The notes: a model not told the origin generated them from the sequence alone. Counted from the first letter of the stretch, positions 49,198 through 60,166 are shown. The stretch is 64,000 bases of DNA from an uncultured Verrucomicrobiae bacterium (GCA_963806855.1 CAWDYW010000001.1:352001-416000), one strand, 5' to 3'. Made by a program: numbers and translations.

Positions 49198-50388
49198 TTA
49201 CTTAAAGTGGGAGACGACCTCGAGGCCAAGCTCGACCACAATCAGGAGCATGAGCGAGGCGAGGAAGATCTTCCCGCCGGGCACTTGCCGCCCGCCTTTG
49301 TAGCCTTTATTGTATCGGCCGACCCACGCCATGAGCGGAGGGTAGATGCCGAAGAGGATGGCGCAGCTGATTCCGCCGGCGTAGCCGAGCGCGATCAGGA
49401 AGATGTTGGTGTTGACCATCGAGATGATGAGCGGGGGGATGAAGACGAGGAGGCAGAGAAAGGCTTTGCTCATCCCTTTTTTCTTGACCTTGAGGCCATC
49501 GGCGAGGAAGTCGAGGAAGGCGAGCGCAAGGGCGATGTAGGAGGCTGTCATGGTGAAGAAGGCGAACGCTTTGCCGATGCCGACCACATAGGGGTTGTTG
49601 ACGAAGTGCTTGAGCGGGATGACGGCGTTTTGCCCTTTGAGGCCCGCATCGATGAGTCCTTCGGGGCCGTTGATCGGGATGATGCCGAGAATGAGCACTT
49701 GCCAAATGAGGTAGACGATGAGCGGGATCGAGGTTCCGAAGATGATTGACTTGCGCACTTTTTTAAAGTCCCGCTTCATGTAGGTGACGAGTGTCGGGAT
49801 GATCACTTGGTAGGTGAAGGCGGTGAAGAGGACCGGGATCGCGAGCCAGATTTTCCCCCAATGGGCATGGGTCAATTTCGAGAGATCGACATGCTTGACG
49901 GCGACGATGATGAAGAGGAAGTAGGAGATGAGGACGCCGGAAAAGATGATCATATTGAGCCGGTCGACGGTGCGGGTTCCCATGTAGATCACGGGAGAAA
50001 AGAGGACGACGTAGAGAAGGGTCGACGGAATGAGGCCGAGGGAGAGGATGTCGTGGGTGATTCCGCCGCCGCCGGCAATATGGGCGATCATCACCATCTC
50101 GAAAAGGAAAAGATAGACGAGCCAGCAGACGATTTTGCCGGGCCGGCCGAGGAGTTTTTCGGCCATGGTGATGAGGTTAGAGTCGGGCGGCATCCAGCTG
50201 CACACTTCGAGAAGGAGCAGACCGGTGCAGAGCATGAAGGCCCAGCAGGCGAGGTAGATGAGGATGGAGGGGAGAAAACCGCCAGGTCCAGTCACGACAG
50301 GAAGGGCTAACATTCCGACGCCGATTGTCGTTCCTGCGATGAGAAGGCCGCCGCCAATAACGTGGCCATGAGAGTGAAAAAGTTTCAT
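49198..50388 (-). CDS. tyrP: Aromatic amino acid permease (TyrP/Mtr family)
   Basis: GGGLLIAGTTIGVGMLALP; multiple TM segments. Confidence 0.85.
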   Translation of the reverse strand: MKLFHSHGHVIGGGLLIAGTTIGVGMLALPVVTGPGGFLPSILIYLACWAFMLCTGLLLLEVCSWMPPDSNLITMAEKLLGRPGKIVCWLVYLFLFEMVMIAHIAGGGGITHDILSLGLIPSTLLYVVLFSPVIYMGTRTVDRLNMIIFSGVLISYFLFIIVAVKHVDLSKLTHAHWGKIWLAIPVLFTAFTYQVIIPTLVTYMKRDFKKVRKSIIFGTSIPLIVYLIWQVLILGIIPINGPEGLIDAGLKGQNAVIPLKHFVNNPYVVGIGKAFAFFTMTASYIALALAFLDFLADGLKVKKKGMSKAFLCLLVFIPPLIISMVNTNIFLIALGYAGGISCAILFGIYPPLMAWVGRYNKGYKGGRQVPGGKIFLASLMLLIVVELGLEVVSHFK

Positions 50389-50438
50389 GCTAGACTCCAA
50401 AAGTTAAATAGCATACTCTTAAAGTTAAAAAAGCTCAA

Positions 50439-50933
50439 GTGATGTTATTGCCGGGGATCAAACTCTTTCAACTAAAGTCTTTTTCGGATGAGAGAGGCTT
50501 TTTTGCTGAAGTTTTTAGGAAAGAGGGGATGGAATTTGTCCAAGATAATCTCTCTTTTTCAAAGAAGGGGGTCATCCGAGGGATGCATTTCCAATCGACG
50601 CCCGGCCAAGCAAAATTGGTGACGGTGATCACGGGCAAAATTTACGATGTCTTTGTCGATATCCGTCCAGAATCTGAGAATTTTGGGAAGTGGGGGGCCG
50701 TAGAGCTGGATCAAAGCAACCAATTGCTCGTTCCGGTCGGTTTTGCCCATGGGTTTGCTGTGCTTAGCGAATCGGCCCATGTGCTCTATAAAGTGAGCAA
50801 TTTCTATAACCCAGAGACAGAAAAATCTTTTCGCTATGATGATCCAAGGATAGGGATCAAATGGCCAATTGAAAAACCGATTCTCTCCGAAAGAGATCGG
50901 AATGCACCAGGTTTTAAGGAGGCATGTGGATGA
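50439..50933 (+). CDS. rfbC: dTDP-4-dehydrorhamnose 3,5-epimerase
   Basis: DERGFF, VQDN.S.S..GVIRGMHFQ and GFAHGF motifs. Confidence 0.93.
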   Translation: MMLLPGIKLFQLKSFSDERGFFAEVFRKEGMEFVQDNLSFSKKGVIRGMHFQSTPGQAKLVTVITGKIYDVFVDIRPESENFGKWGAVELDQSNQLLVPVGFAHGFAVLSESAHVLYKVSNFYNPETEKSFRYDDPRIGIKWPIEKPILSERDRNAPGFKEACG

Positions 50934-51771
50934 AGATTTGGATTTTGGGTGCCGGCGGGCAATTAGGGCAGGCCATAGCAGAGGTTTGCGGAAGTGAGAA
51001 AATTCCATATGTTGCGTCGACGCATAGCGAGGCCGATATTACGAATTTGGAGCAGTTAAAGTGGATGGCGGAGCAGATTTTGCCGACCCATCTGATCAAC
51101 TGCGCTGCCTATCCAGATGTCGATGGGGCAGAAAAGAATGTCGAGCATGCCTATACAGTCAATGCTCTGGGCACTGAGAATGTGGGGATCATCGGCCGCG
51201 AATTGGGAATCAAGGTGGTCCATGTCTCGACCGACTATGTGTTTGACGGGGAGAATGACCGCCCTTATCTGGAAACCGATCGACCAAACCCGATTGGCGT
51301 CTATGGGAAAAGTAAGTTGGAGGGGGAATTGCGTCTGCTAGAGCAGCTGGGGACCGCCTGCATCGTCCGGACTTCCTGGATCTTTGGCCAAAGAGGAAAA
51401 AATTTTCTTTCATCGATTCTTACAAGGCTGCAAAGGGACGAGCATATCCAGGCCGACACAGATCAGATCAACCGGGCAACCTATAACTGCGATTTGGCCC
51501 AGGCGCTGATCGACCTCTCTTGCCAAAGCGGGATCTTCCATTTTGCCAATGGGCAGCCGGCGAGTCGCTACCAAATTGTCAAAGATTTTTATACTGCGGC
51601 GACAGAGCGAAATCTCACGGTCAAATGCCAAAAAATTTCTCCTATTTCCGCCGCTTGTCCGATTCGGCGAAATATTCAGCGCTTGATACAAAAAAGGTCT
51701 CGCTCACCCTTGGAAGAAAACCTCGAGTATGGGAAACTGTACTCGGAGAATATATCGATGCCCATTTTTAA
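50930..51771 (+). pseudogene. rfbD: dTDP-4-dehydrorhamnose reductase, frameshifted near 51667
   Basis: GAGGQLG, STDYVFDG and YGKSK motifs. The native-looking C-terminus KYSALDTKK is in another frame ending at 51771. Confidence 0.8.
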
Positions 51772-52738
51772 GCGGATTTTGGTGACTGGAGGCGCGGGCT
51801 TCATCGGCTCGGCGTTCATTAACTTTCTTTTTAAAAATGCCCCAATTGAAAGGGTGGTCAATCTCGATTTGCTCACCTTTGTTGCCAATTTAAAAAATTT
51901 AAGCAGCGTTGAAAAAGATCCTCGCTACCGCTTTGTCCATGGAAACATCCTCAATTCTACAATGGTAAAAGGCTTGATCAAAAACGAGGGGATTGAGGCG
52001 ATTGTCCACTTTGCGGCTGAAAGTCATGTCGATCGAAGTATTGAAGATCCGCTCCCATTTTATCGGACGAATGTCGAGGGGACGATTGCCCTTTTGGAAG
52101 TGGTCCGGGAGTTCCCCCACGTCCGCTTCCATCATGTTTCGACCGATGAGGTTTTTGGATCGATCGAGAAGGGCGAATTTACCGAAGAGTCCCCCTATCG
52201 CCCCAACTCCCCTTATGCGGCATCGAAGGCGGCCTCGGATCATTTTGTCCGGGCCTATGCGATGACCTACGATCTTTTAGTGACCCTTTCCCACTCCAGC
52301 AACAACTACGGCCCTAGCCAATTTCGGGAAAAATTCATTCCGCGGATGATCTATGGGATGCTTCGCAAAGAGCCGCTCCCTGTCTATGGCAATGGGGTCA
52401 ATGTGCGCGACTGGATTCACGTAGATGACCATGTGGAGGCCATTTGGCAGATTTTGCAAAATGGGAAGATCGGCGAGGCTTATAATGTTGGCTCGCGGCA
52501 TGAAATGCGCAATATCGATTTGCTTAACCAGTTGATCGACTGTTTCGCCAAAGCTGAAAGAGAAGCGTCGGAGAAATATCGCAGCCTCATCACCTATGTC
52601 AAAGACCGTCCGGGCCATGATTTCCGCTATGCGCTCAATGCAGAAAAGATCGAGCGGGAATTGGGATGGAAACCGACGCGGTTGTTTGATCAAGGTTTAG
52701 AAACTACAATGGAGTGGTATCGTCATGTTTGGAAATAA
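51758..52738 (+). CDS. rfbB: dTDP-glucose 4,6-dehydratase
   Basis: TGGAGFIG, AAESHVDRSI, STDEV, YAASK and DRPGHD motifs; GGAG RBS before ATG 51758. Confidence 0.92.
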   Translation: MPIFKRILVTGGAGFIGSAFINFLFKNAPIERVVNLDLLTFVANLKNLSSVEKDPRYRFVHGNILNSTMVKGLIKNEGIEAIVHFAAESHVDRSIEDPLPFYRTNVEGTIALLEVVREFPHVRFHHVSTDEVFGSIEKGEFTEESPYRPNSPYAASKAASDHFVRAYAMTYDLLVTLSHSSNNYGPSQFREKFIPRMIYGMLRKEPLPVYGNGVNVRDWIHVDDHVEAIWQILQNGKIGEAYNVGSRHEMRNIDLLNQLIDCFAKAEREASEKYRSLITYVKDRPGHDFRYALNAEKIERELGWKPTRLFDQGLETTMEWYRHVWK

Positions 52739-53438
52739 ATCAGTCGTCTGTGTCATCCCCGCCCGTCTTGGATCGACCCGCTTCCCGAGAAAAATGCTCG
52801 CCTTGCTCAAGGGCAAGCCCCTTGTCCAATGGGCCTATGAGGGAGCGCTCCGCTGCCCGTGGTTTGACGAGGTGGTGGTCGCGGTCGATAGCGAAGAAAT
52901 TCGGGAAACCGTAGAGGGCTTTGGCGGCAGAGCGATCATGACCTCGGTCGACTGCCAAAATGGAACCGAGCGGCTGATCGAATTGCAGCGGCGGGGGATT
53001 TTGAAGGGCGACGTCTGGGTCAATTGGCAGGGGGATGAGCCGTTTATTCAGACGAAGATGATCGGGACTCTGCTGCAGACCTGTGATGAAGGGGAAGTTT
53101 GGACCCTCAAAATTGCGATTGACGACCCCCAAAACCCCAATGTCGTGAAGGTGGTCTGTGATGCCCAAGGTCGGGCCCTCTATTTTTCTCGTTCAGTCAT
53201 TCCGCATGGGGGTAAAAAATTCTTTAAGCATGTGGGGATCTACGCCTATTCGGATCGGGCGCTTCAAAAAATTTCTACCCTTTCACCCTGCGCCCTTGAA
53301 ATGGAAGAGAGGCTCGAGCAGCTCCGCTTCCTCTATAACGGCCTCTCAATTCAGGTCCATGAAACCGATGAGGAAGTGATTGGAATCGATACTTTCGAGC
53401 AATTGATGGTGGCTGAGCAACTAGAGGTTATGTTTTGA
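52725..53438 (+). CDS. kdsB: 3-deoxy-manno-octulosonate cytidylyltransferase
   Basis: IPARLGSTRFP.K, GTER, QGDEP, ALYFSR, HVGIYAY and LEQLR motifs. Confidence 0.95.
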   Translation: MFGNKSVVCVIPARLGSTRFPRKMLALLKGKPLVQWAYEGALRCPWFDEVVVAVDSEEIRETVEGFGGRAIMTSVDCQNGTERLIELQRRGILKGDVWVNWQGDEPFIQTKMIGTLLQTCDEGEVWTLKIAIDDPQNPNVVKVVCDAQGRALYFSRSVIPHGGKKFFKHVGIYAYSDRALQKISTLSPCALEMEERLEQLRFLYNGLSIQVHETDEEVIGIDTFEQLMVAEQLEVMF

Positions 53439-53465
53439 TCTCTCATACATTAAAAGGCGGGTAAA

Positions 53466-55370
53466 ATGTTAGGCCCTATTAGATCTGGTTTCAGTGATTC
53501 GGTAGCTTCTATTTTATATCGTCATCAGGCTCCCATTGCTGTCATTGCGATTATTGTCCCCGCAGCAATCTATGTAATTCAACATCTGGATGATATTTTA
53601 GAACGGGCTATAGCGAGTAATCGTCCTATGCTGGTCAGGATGGCTCTTGCTGGTGGAGGAAAGCTATCTAAGGAGAAATGTGAAGGTTTAATAAGAGAAG
53701 CATTTGAAAAGAAAGATCTAGATAGAATTCGGCTTCTTTGCGCTCTGCCTGATTCGAAAGATATAATTCGAATAATGGGTGATGGGCGTTTTGGATTTAT
53801 AACGTTAATGCAAAAATGGGTGAATAATCATTTTAATATTAATGTTATTATTAAGCATCCTGGAAATGCATGGGGATTAGTTAAAGCAACGCTATTTTCG
53901 CTCACCTTTGAATGGGGTTGTAAAGAGGTCGGGGATTATTTTATTGACCATGGTTTGGATCCTAATCACAGAGATCTGGATAATTTCACACCTCTTCATA
54001 TTGCAGCTAAATTTGGATGTCTTAACTCGGTAAAAAAGTTACTCGATAAAGGAGGCAATATCAATGCAAGAGGCAATTTTGGAGAAACGCCTCTTTGCAG
54101 TGCTTTAAAAGCTCGTAAAAACGAAGTGGCAGAATACTTGATTGATGCGGGTGCAGAAGTCCAGAGTATGAAATCTTCTGGAACGGTATGGGAAAATTTT
54201 GGTGAGGATTTTGGAGGATATCAGCCGCTACTCGAAGCGCAGGGTATTGAGATTGTGGACGTTTTCGGCTATTCATCTCCGATCCATTGTGCCATGAAAG
54301 AAGAGCAAGATGCAAATGGATCTGTTTCAATACGAGTGATTGAAAAATTGTTGGAAAAAGGGGCGGCCGTCAATGAGCAGGACGAGTTTCGCACTCCTAT
54401 TGATTATGCTTTGTGCGGCGGTAGTGGATATAATCTGAGAAACATTCAATTTCTTGTTGAAAGAGGTGGAGTGTGCGCTGGATGGAGTACTCTCTTAGTT
54501 GACTCTATGTATTGGGATAGTCAGGTCGCAACAATAAGTTGGGTCAGAAAACTACTTGAATTAGGCGCTGATATCAATACCAGTACACGTAGTGGTATAG
54601 CTCTGCATGCGGCTCTCAAGTGCGGCAAAATTGAAATCGGAGAATTTCTTTTAAGAAATGGTGCTAAGGTCATGGCAAGAGATAGAGATGGTAATATCCC
54701 ATTTCATCATGATTTAACATTCGCCGCTTCCTGGTTAAATGCTTTGCCAGACACCAGTTTGTTCTCGTTCATTCAAAACCGAAACATGGGTGGCAAAGTT
54801 CATCCAAAAATGGTGCTCCGCGAAAAATTATATGAAAGAGATGATCATGGAAAAACTCTTCTACATTGGGCTGCTGAAAAAGGACATATTCCTATTCTGA
54901 AGATTCTTTTGAGAAAGGGAGGGGATCACACCCTTGCGGATGACTCTGGTATGACATGTAAAGATTATCTGCCCGCTTTAGAGATAAAAAAAATATTCGC
55001 AGGTCCTCTTTGTGACAAAATAATCGTAAAATTGGATATCACAAAACTAAATGTAGAGGAGCTAGTCGATATAGAGCTAAGGAATTTTTCCGATGAGCAA
55101 CTTTTTCAACTCGATTTTTCTAAATTTGATGTAGGTACAATAGATAGATTATTGCTTACTATTATTGACGAGCGGATTCGCGCTCTTAATCCTGAAATGA
55201 TAGGAACTAATATATCGCGAATTAATCCCGCCGTTTACACTTTCCTTTCCAATGAACAATGTAGAATGATCGATATACAAGATGTAATCAGAACTAATCG
55301 CAGGTCTTCATTTTCACCAGAGCAGTTAAAGCTAATGAAGAATTCTTCAAGGTTTCCAATGATTGAATAG
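53466..55370 (+). CDS. Ankyrin repeat protein with N-terminal hydrophobic segment
   Basis: TPLHIAA, GETPL, ALHAAL and GKTLLHWAAEKGH ankyrin motifs. Confidence 0.9.
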   Translation: MLGPIRSGFSDSVASILYRHQAPIAVIAIIVPAAIYVIQHLDDILERAIASNRPMLVRMALAGGGKLSKEKCEGLIREAFEKKDLDRIRLLCALPDSKDIIRIMGDGRFGFITLMQKWVNNHFNINVIIKHPGNAWGLVKATLFSLTFEWGCKEVGDYFIDHGLDPNHRDLDNFTPLHIAAKFGCLNSVKKLLDKGGNINARGNFGETPLCSALKARKNEVAEYLIDAGAEVQSMKSSGTVWENFGEDFGGYQPLLEAQGIEIVDVFGYSSPIHCAMKEEQDANGSVSIRVIEKLLEKGAAVNEQDEFRTPIDYALCGGSGYNLRNIQFLVERGGVCAGWSTLLVDSMYWDSQVATISWVRKLLELGADINTSTRSGIALHAALKCGKIEIGEFLLRNGAKVMARDRDGNIPFHHDLTFAASWLNALPDTSLFSFIQNRNMGGKVHPKMVLREKLYERDDHGKTLLHWAAEKGHIPILKILLRKGGDHTLADDSGMTCKDYLPALEIKKIFAGPLCDKIIVKLDITKLNVEELVDIELRNFSDEQLFQLDFSKFDVGTIDRLLLTIIDERIRALNPEMIGTNISRINPAVYTFLSNEQCRMIDIQDVIRTNRRSSFSPEQLKLMKNSSRFPMIE

Positions 55371-55430
55371 GACCGTGATAAATTGGCTGTCTATCTGTCC
55401 TCTAAATCAACTTAAATTTATAGTCCATGT

Positions 55431-55538
55431 TTCAAAAAACTTCTTACCCCTCCCCCTGGCCCCTTGAAATGGAAGAAAGGCTCGAGCAGAGCAATTGATG
55501 GTGGCTGAACAATTAGAGATTATGTTATGATCTCTCAT
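55431..55538 (+). repeat. Diverged, internally deleted duplicate of the kdsB 3' end
   Basis: Matches 53263-53321 joined to 53398-53446. Confidence 0.85.
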
Positions 55539-55540
55539 CT

Positions 55541-56953
55541 ATGACAGACTATAAATATGGTTTTTCAACAGAGATTGAATCGGAAACTATCCCCAAAGGA
55601 TTGAATGAAGAAACAATACGACTGATCTCGAATAAGAAAAATGAACCAGAATTTCTTTTACAATTTCGTTTAAGGGCCTTTCAAAAATGGAAGGAGATGC
55701 AAGAGCCTCTCTGGGCCAATGTCAAGTTCGATCCGATCAATTATCAAGAAATTTGTTACTATTCGGCCCCCAAGAAAAAGCAATCGCTCGAAAATATCAG
55801 TGAAGTGGATCCGGAGCTGCTCAAGACCTTTGAGAGGCTGGGGATCCCCCTTGAGGAGCAAAAACGGCTGACTGATGTGGCAGTCGATGTGGTGTTCGAT
55901 TCGGTCTCACTCGGGACGACGTTTAAAAAGACGTTGGAAGAGGCGGGGGTCACTTTATGCTCGATTTCCGAGGCGGTTCAAAAATTCCCTTCTCTGATTG
56001 AAGAATATCTCGGAACTGTCGTTCCGATTGGCGACAACTACTTTTCTGCGCTCAACTCGGCTGTCTTTTCCGATGGGTCGTTTGTCTATATCCCCAAAGG
56101 GGTCCGCTGTCCCATCGAACTCTCCACCTATTTCCGGATCAACGACAAATCGACCGGTCAGTTCGAGAGGACGTTGATCATCGCCGAGGAGGGCTCCTAT
56201 GTGAGCTATCTCGAAGGATGCACGGCCCCTGCCTATGATAACAATCAGCTCCATGCTGCAGTGGTCGAATTGATCGCTTTGGAGCGGGCCGAGATCAAGT
56301 ATTCGACAGTGCAAAATTGGTATGCGGGCGATCCCAAGAGTGGCAAGGGGGGAATTTTCAACTTTGTCACCAAGCGTGGCCGCTGCGCTGGCTACCGCTC
56401 GAAGATCTCCTGGACGCAAGTAGAAGCGGGCGCGGCGATTACATGGAAATACCCGAGCTGCATTTTGCAAGGGGATGAATCGGTCGGCGAATTTTACTCT
56501 GTCGCTCTGACAAATGGAAAAATGCAGGCCGATACCGGAACGAAGATGATCCATTTGGGGAAAAATACCCGCTCGACGATCATTTCGAAGGGGATTTCTG
56601 CCGATGAATCGCACAATACTTACCGCGGGCTGGTCAAAATCGCGCCGAGAGCAAAAAGTGCACGCAACTACACCCAATGCGATTCGATGCTAGTGGGCAA
56701 CCAATGCTCGGCCAATACATTTCCCTACATTGAAGTGTCCAACTCGAGCAGCGAAGTGGAGCACGAGGCCTCGACATCGAAGATGAACGAAGAGCAGCTG
56801 TTCTATTTGCAGGCGCGTGGCATTAGCCGTGAAGATGCGATCAACTTGATTGTCAATGGATTTTGCAAAGAGGTTATCCAAGAGCTTCCTCTGGAATTTG
56901 CCGCTGAGGCGCAAAAGCTTTTAACCCTCAAACTTGAAAATTCAGTGGGATAA
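55541..56953 (+). CDS. sufB: Fe-S cluster assembly protein SufB
   Basis: [30 protein letters not shown] and EHEASTS motifs. Confidence 0.97.
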   Translation: MTDYKYGFSTEIESETIPKGLNEETIRLISNKKNEPEFLLQFRLRAFQKWKEMQEPLWANVKFDPINYQEICYYSAPKKKQSLENISEVDPELLKTFERLGIPLEEQKRLTDVAVDVVFDSVSLGTTFKKTLEEAGVTLCSISEAVQKFPSLIEEYLGTVVPIGDNYFSALNSAVFSDGSFVYIPKGVRCPIELSTYFRINDKSTGQFERTLIIAEEGSYVSYLEGCTAPAYDNNQLHAAVVELIALERAEIKYSTVQNWYAGDPKSGKGGIFNFVTKRGRCAGYRSKISWTQVEAGAAITWKYPSCILQGDESVGEFYSVALTNGKMQADTGTKMIHLGKNTRSTIISKGISADESHNTYRGLVKIAPRAKSARNYTQCDSMLVGNQCSANTFPYIEVSNSSSEVEHEASTSKMNEEQLFYLQARGISREDAINLIVNGFCKEVIQELPLEFAAEAQKLLTLKLENSVG

Positions 56954-56958
56954 TTTTA

Positions 56959-57705
56959 ATGCTAAAAATAAAAAATCTACATGTTTCAGTCGATGGGACG
57001 GTCATTCTTAAGGGAGTTGACCTTGAAATTCTGAGTGGACAGATCCATGCGATCATGGGGCCCAATGGCGCTGGGAAGTCGACCCTTTCCAAAGCGCTCG
57101 CCGGCGATCCAGCCTATGAGGTCCTCTCAGGTGAAGTACTGCTCGATGGGGTGAACATCCTCGAACTCGATCCTGAGGAGCGGGCCCACCTCGGCCTCTT
57201 TATCGGCTTTCAGTATCCTGTTGAAATTCCCGGTATCACCAATCTTCAATTTTTGCTCGCCGCCTACAATGCCAAGAGGAAAGCCAATGGTGAGGCGCCG
57301 ATCTTCGAAGAGGTGTTTAGAGAATTGCTTCTGCAAAAATTAGAGCTACTTGAGATGAAACCTGAATTCCTCGAGCGGAACCTCAATGAGGGATTCTCGG
57401 GCGGCGAGAAGAAAAGAAATGAGATTCTGCAGATGGCAGTGCTCGATCCGGGCATGGCGATCCTCGATGAGACCGATTCTGGGCTCGATATCGACGCGAT
57501 GCGAGTTGTTGCCTGCGGAGTCAAACGGCTCTTCACCCCTGAGAAAGGACTCTTGCTGATCACTCACTACCAGAGATTGCTCGACTATATTCGTCCTCAC
57601 TTTGTCCATGTGATGATCGACGGACAGATCATCAAGAGTGGAGGCCCAGAGCTTGCCCATGAGCTCGAAACCAAAGGATACGATTGGCTGCAGGTGAAAG
57701 CGTGA
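56959..57705 (+). CDS. sufC: Fe-S cluster assembly ATPase SufC
   Basis: GPNGAGKST, FQYPVEIPG, FSGGEKKRNE and LDETDSGLD motifs. Confidence 0.97.
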   Translation: MLKIKNLHVSVDGTVILKGVDLEILSGQIHAIMGPNGAGKSTLSKALAGDPAYEVLSGEVLLDGVNILELDPEERAHLGLFIGFQYPVEIPGITNLQFLLAAYNAKRKANGEAPIFEEVFRELLLQKLELLEMKPEFLERNLNEGFSGGEKKRNEILQMAVLDPGMAILDETDSGLDIDAMRVVACGVKRLFTPEKGLLLITHYQRLLDYIRPHFVHVMIDGQIIKSGGPELAHELETKGYDWLQVKA

Positions 57706-58979
57706 AAGAACAATTTGCTCTCCATCTAGAGAATCACTTTAAAGAGGTTTGTGAGACGCTTAGCCCATTGCAAAAGACGATCAGGCAGCGTGTGTGGGAC
57801 CGTTTTCTCGAGATTGGCCTAGCAGAGAAGAAAACTATAGGGTATCAGTATTTCCCTCTCACGCATTTCTATCAAGAGACCTATGAGGTGGGGCAATTTA
57901 CCGATATTCCTCCTGGGCAGATTGCAGCCCTTATCCACCCCGAATGCCGCCGCAGCCATGTAGTCTTTGTCAATGGCCACTACTCTCCTGAGCTCTCCGA
58001 CATTAGCGCGCTACCTTCAGAGATGGTCATATTGCCTATCAATGATGCCTTAAATACCTATGGAAATTTCTTGCAAAGCCGCCTGGCCAAGATCTTGGTC
58101 GAAGAAACCGATCCTTTTGCCCTCCTCAATATCGCCCTCTCCCAGAAGGGCCTTTTCATCTACGTCCCTCCAAAACTTCAAGTCGACGTGCCGATTCAAT
58201 GCCTCTATTTCCTCTCCAGCGACAGGCCCACCCTCATCAATCCCCGAATCCGCATTATTTTAGGACGTGAAGCGAAGGTCAAATGGATTTATGATCACCA
58301 TTGCTTGAAGGATTTTGATTATTTCACCAATGGAGTCACCGATATCGCTTTAGACGAGGGGGCCAGCTTTGAGCAGTACGGCATCCTCAGCTCCTGCCCT
58401 CCTGGATGGTGCTTCGAAGCGACCCGCGTCACCCAAAAAAGAGATAGTCAGTTCAAAAGCATCACCTGCACTACCGGCACCAAGGCGATCCGGCAAGATT
58501 TCCGCATTGCCCTGATGGGAGAAAATAGCTCCTGCGATCTCAAAGGGGTATCCTATCTCTCAGAGAACAGGCAATCGCATGTCAATATCCTCGTCGAGCA
58601 TCAAGCGCCCCACTGCCGCTCTAACCAGCATTTCAAAAACATCCTCGGTGGCACGAGCCGCTCAAGCTTCGAAGGGAAAATCTACGTCCACCCCCAAGCG
58701 CAAAAAACCGAGGCCTATCAGCTCAACAACAACCTCCTCCTCAGCGACACCGCGATTTCCAACAGCAAACCCAATCTCGAGATATTTGCAGACGACGTGA
58801 AAGCCTCCCATGGCGCAACCGTCACGCAGACGAACCCTGAGCACCTCCATTACCTCAAAACGCGCGGGATCGGGACCGCAGAGGCCAAGCAGCTGCTCGT
58901 CGCCAGTTTTGGCCGCGAGATCCTCTCCCAAATCCCTCTCAACTCCGCCCGCGAGCGGATGGAAGCTCTGTCATGCTGA
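57702..58979 (+). CDS. sufD: Fe-S cluster assembly protein SufD
   Basis: KPNLEIFADDVKASHGATV; operon position. Confidence 0.94.
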   Translation: MKEQFALHLENHFKEVCETLSPLQKTIRQRVWDRFLEIGLAEKKTIGYQYFPLTHFYQETYEVGQFTDIPPGQIAALIHPECRRSHVVFVNGHYSPELSDISALPSEMVILPINDALNTYGNFLQSRLAKILVEETDPFALLNIALSQKGLFIYVPPKLQVDVPIQCLYFLSSDRPTLINPRIRIILGREAKVKWIYDHHCLKDFDYFTNGVTDIALDEGASFEQYGILSSCPPGWCFEATRVTQKRDSQFKSITCTTGTKAIRQDFRIALMGENSSCDLKGVSYLSENRQSHVNILVEHQAPHCRSNQHFKNILGGTSRSSFEGKIYVHPQAQKTEAYQLNNNLLLSDTAISNSKPNLEIFADDVKASHGATVTQTNPEHLHYLKTRGIGTAEAKQLLVASFGREILSQIPLNSARERMEALSC

Positions 58980-60160
58980 ATGTGCGAGACGATTTTCCCA
59001 TTTTTAAAGATGAACACCTCATCTACCTAGATTCTGCAGCGACGACCCACAAACCGCAGTCCGTACTTGATGCCATGACTAACTTTTATGCTCACGAGTA
59101 CGCCACCGTGCATCGAAGCGTTTACAAATTGGCGGCGAGCGCGACTGAAAAATACAATGGCGTCCGCGAGAAAGTAGCCCATTTTCTAAATGCGAAAAGC
59201 CCAAATGAAATCGTCTTTACCCGAGGCACCACCGATAGCATCAACCTAGTCGCTAGCGCTTACCCCTTCCGAAAAGGGGACGAAATCATCATCTCCGAAA
59301 TGGAGCACCACTCCAACATCGTCCCCTGGCAACTACTCTGCGAGCGGTCCGGCACTATCTTAAAAATCATCCCCGTGAGCGACAAAGCCGAGCTCGACCT
59401 CGCCGCCTACGCGCGCCTGCTCAGCCCCAAAACCAAACTCGTCGCCATCGCCCATGTCGCCAATAGCACAGGGACCATCAATCCGATCGAGACCATCATC
59501 AAAATGGCCCATGCCCACGGCGCCAAAGTGTTCATCGATGCCGCCCAGAGCGCCGCCCACATTCCACTCGATGTCCAAAGACTCGATGTCGACTTCCTCG
59601 CCTTCTCAGGCCATAAAGCCTTCGGCCCGACAGGCATCGGCGTCCTCTTCGGGAAATACGAACTCCTCGAACAAATGGGCCCCGTGCAAGGCGGCGGCGA
59701 CATGATCGAGACCGTAACCTTAGAGAAAACCACCTACGCCAAACCACCGCTCCGCTTTGAAGCGGGCACCCCCATGATCGCCCAAGTTATCGGCCTCGGC
59801 GCCGCGATCGATTACATCCAAAAACTCGGTCTAGAGAACATTGCCAAGTGGGAACACGAACTTCTGACGTATACAACGGCAAAATTAGAAGAGATCCCCG
59901 GCCTGCGCATCATCGGCACCGCAGACAACAAAGTGGGCATCATCAGCTTCGTCATCGAAGGGGTACACCACCTGGATTTGACCGTATTTCTCGACCTTGA
60001 GGGGATCGCTATCCGCTCGGGCCACCACTGCGCCCAGCCCCTGATGAAACGCTTCGGGGTCCCTGGTACCTGCCGCATCTCCTTTGCTCCCTTCAATACA
60101 TTGGAAGAGATCGATATATTGATCGAGAGTCTAAATAAGACTTTAAGAGTTATTTTATAA
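58973..60160 (+). CDS. sufS: Cysteine desulfurase SufS
   Basis: YLDSAAT, EHHSN, FSGHK, FEAGTP and RSGHHCAQP motifs. Confidence 0.95.
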   Translation: MLNVRDDFPIFKDEHLIYLDSAATTHKPQSVLDAMTNFYAHEYATVHRSVYKLAASATEKYNGVREKVAHFLNAKSPNEIVFTRGTTDSINLVASAYPFRKGDEIIISEMEHHSNIVPWQLLCERSGTILKIIPVSDKAELDLAAYARLLSPKTKLVAIAHVANSTGTINPIETIIKMAHAHGAKVFIDAAQSAAHIPLDVQRLDVDFLAFSGHKAFGPTGIGVLFGKYELLEQMGPVQGGGDMIETVTLEKTTYAKPPLRFEAGTPMIAQVIGLGAAIDYIQKLGLENIAKWEHELLTYTTAKLEEIPGLRIIGTADNKVGIISFVIEGVHHLDLTVFLDLEGIAIRSGHHCAQPLMKRFGVPGTCRISFAPFNTLEEIDILIESLNKTLRVIL

Positions 60161-60166
60161 TAAATT

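Noticed and set aside
50924..52738. 604-aa natural bifunctional RfbD-RfbB enzyme
   Set aside because: The junction is out-of-frame sequence and the native RfbD C-terminus is in another frame.
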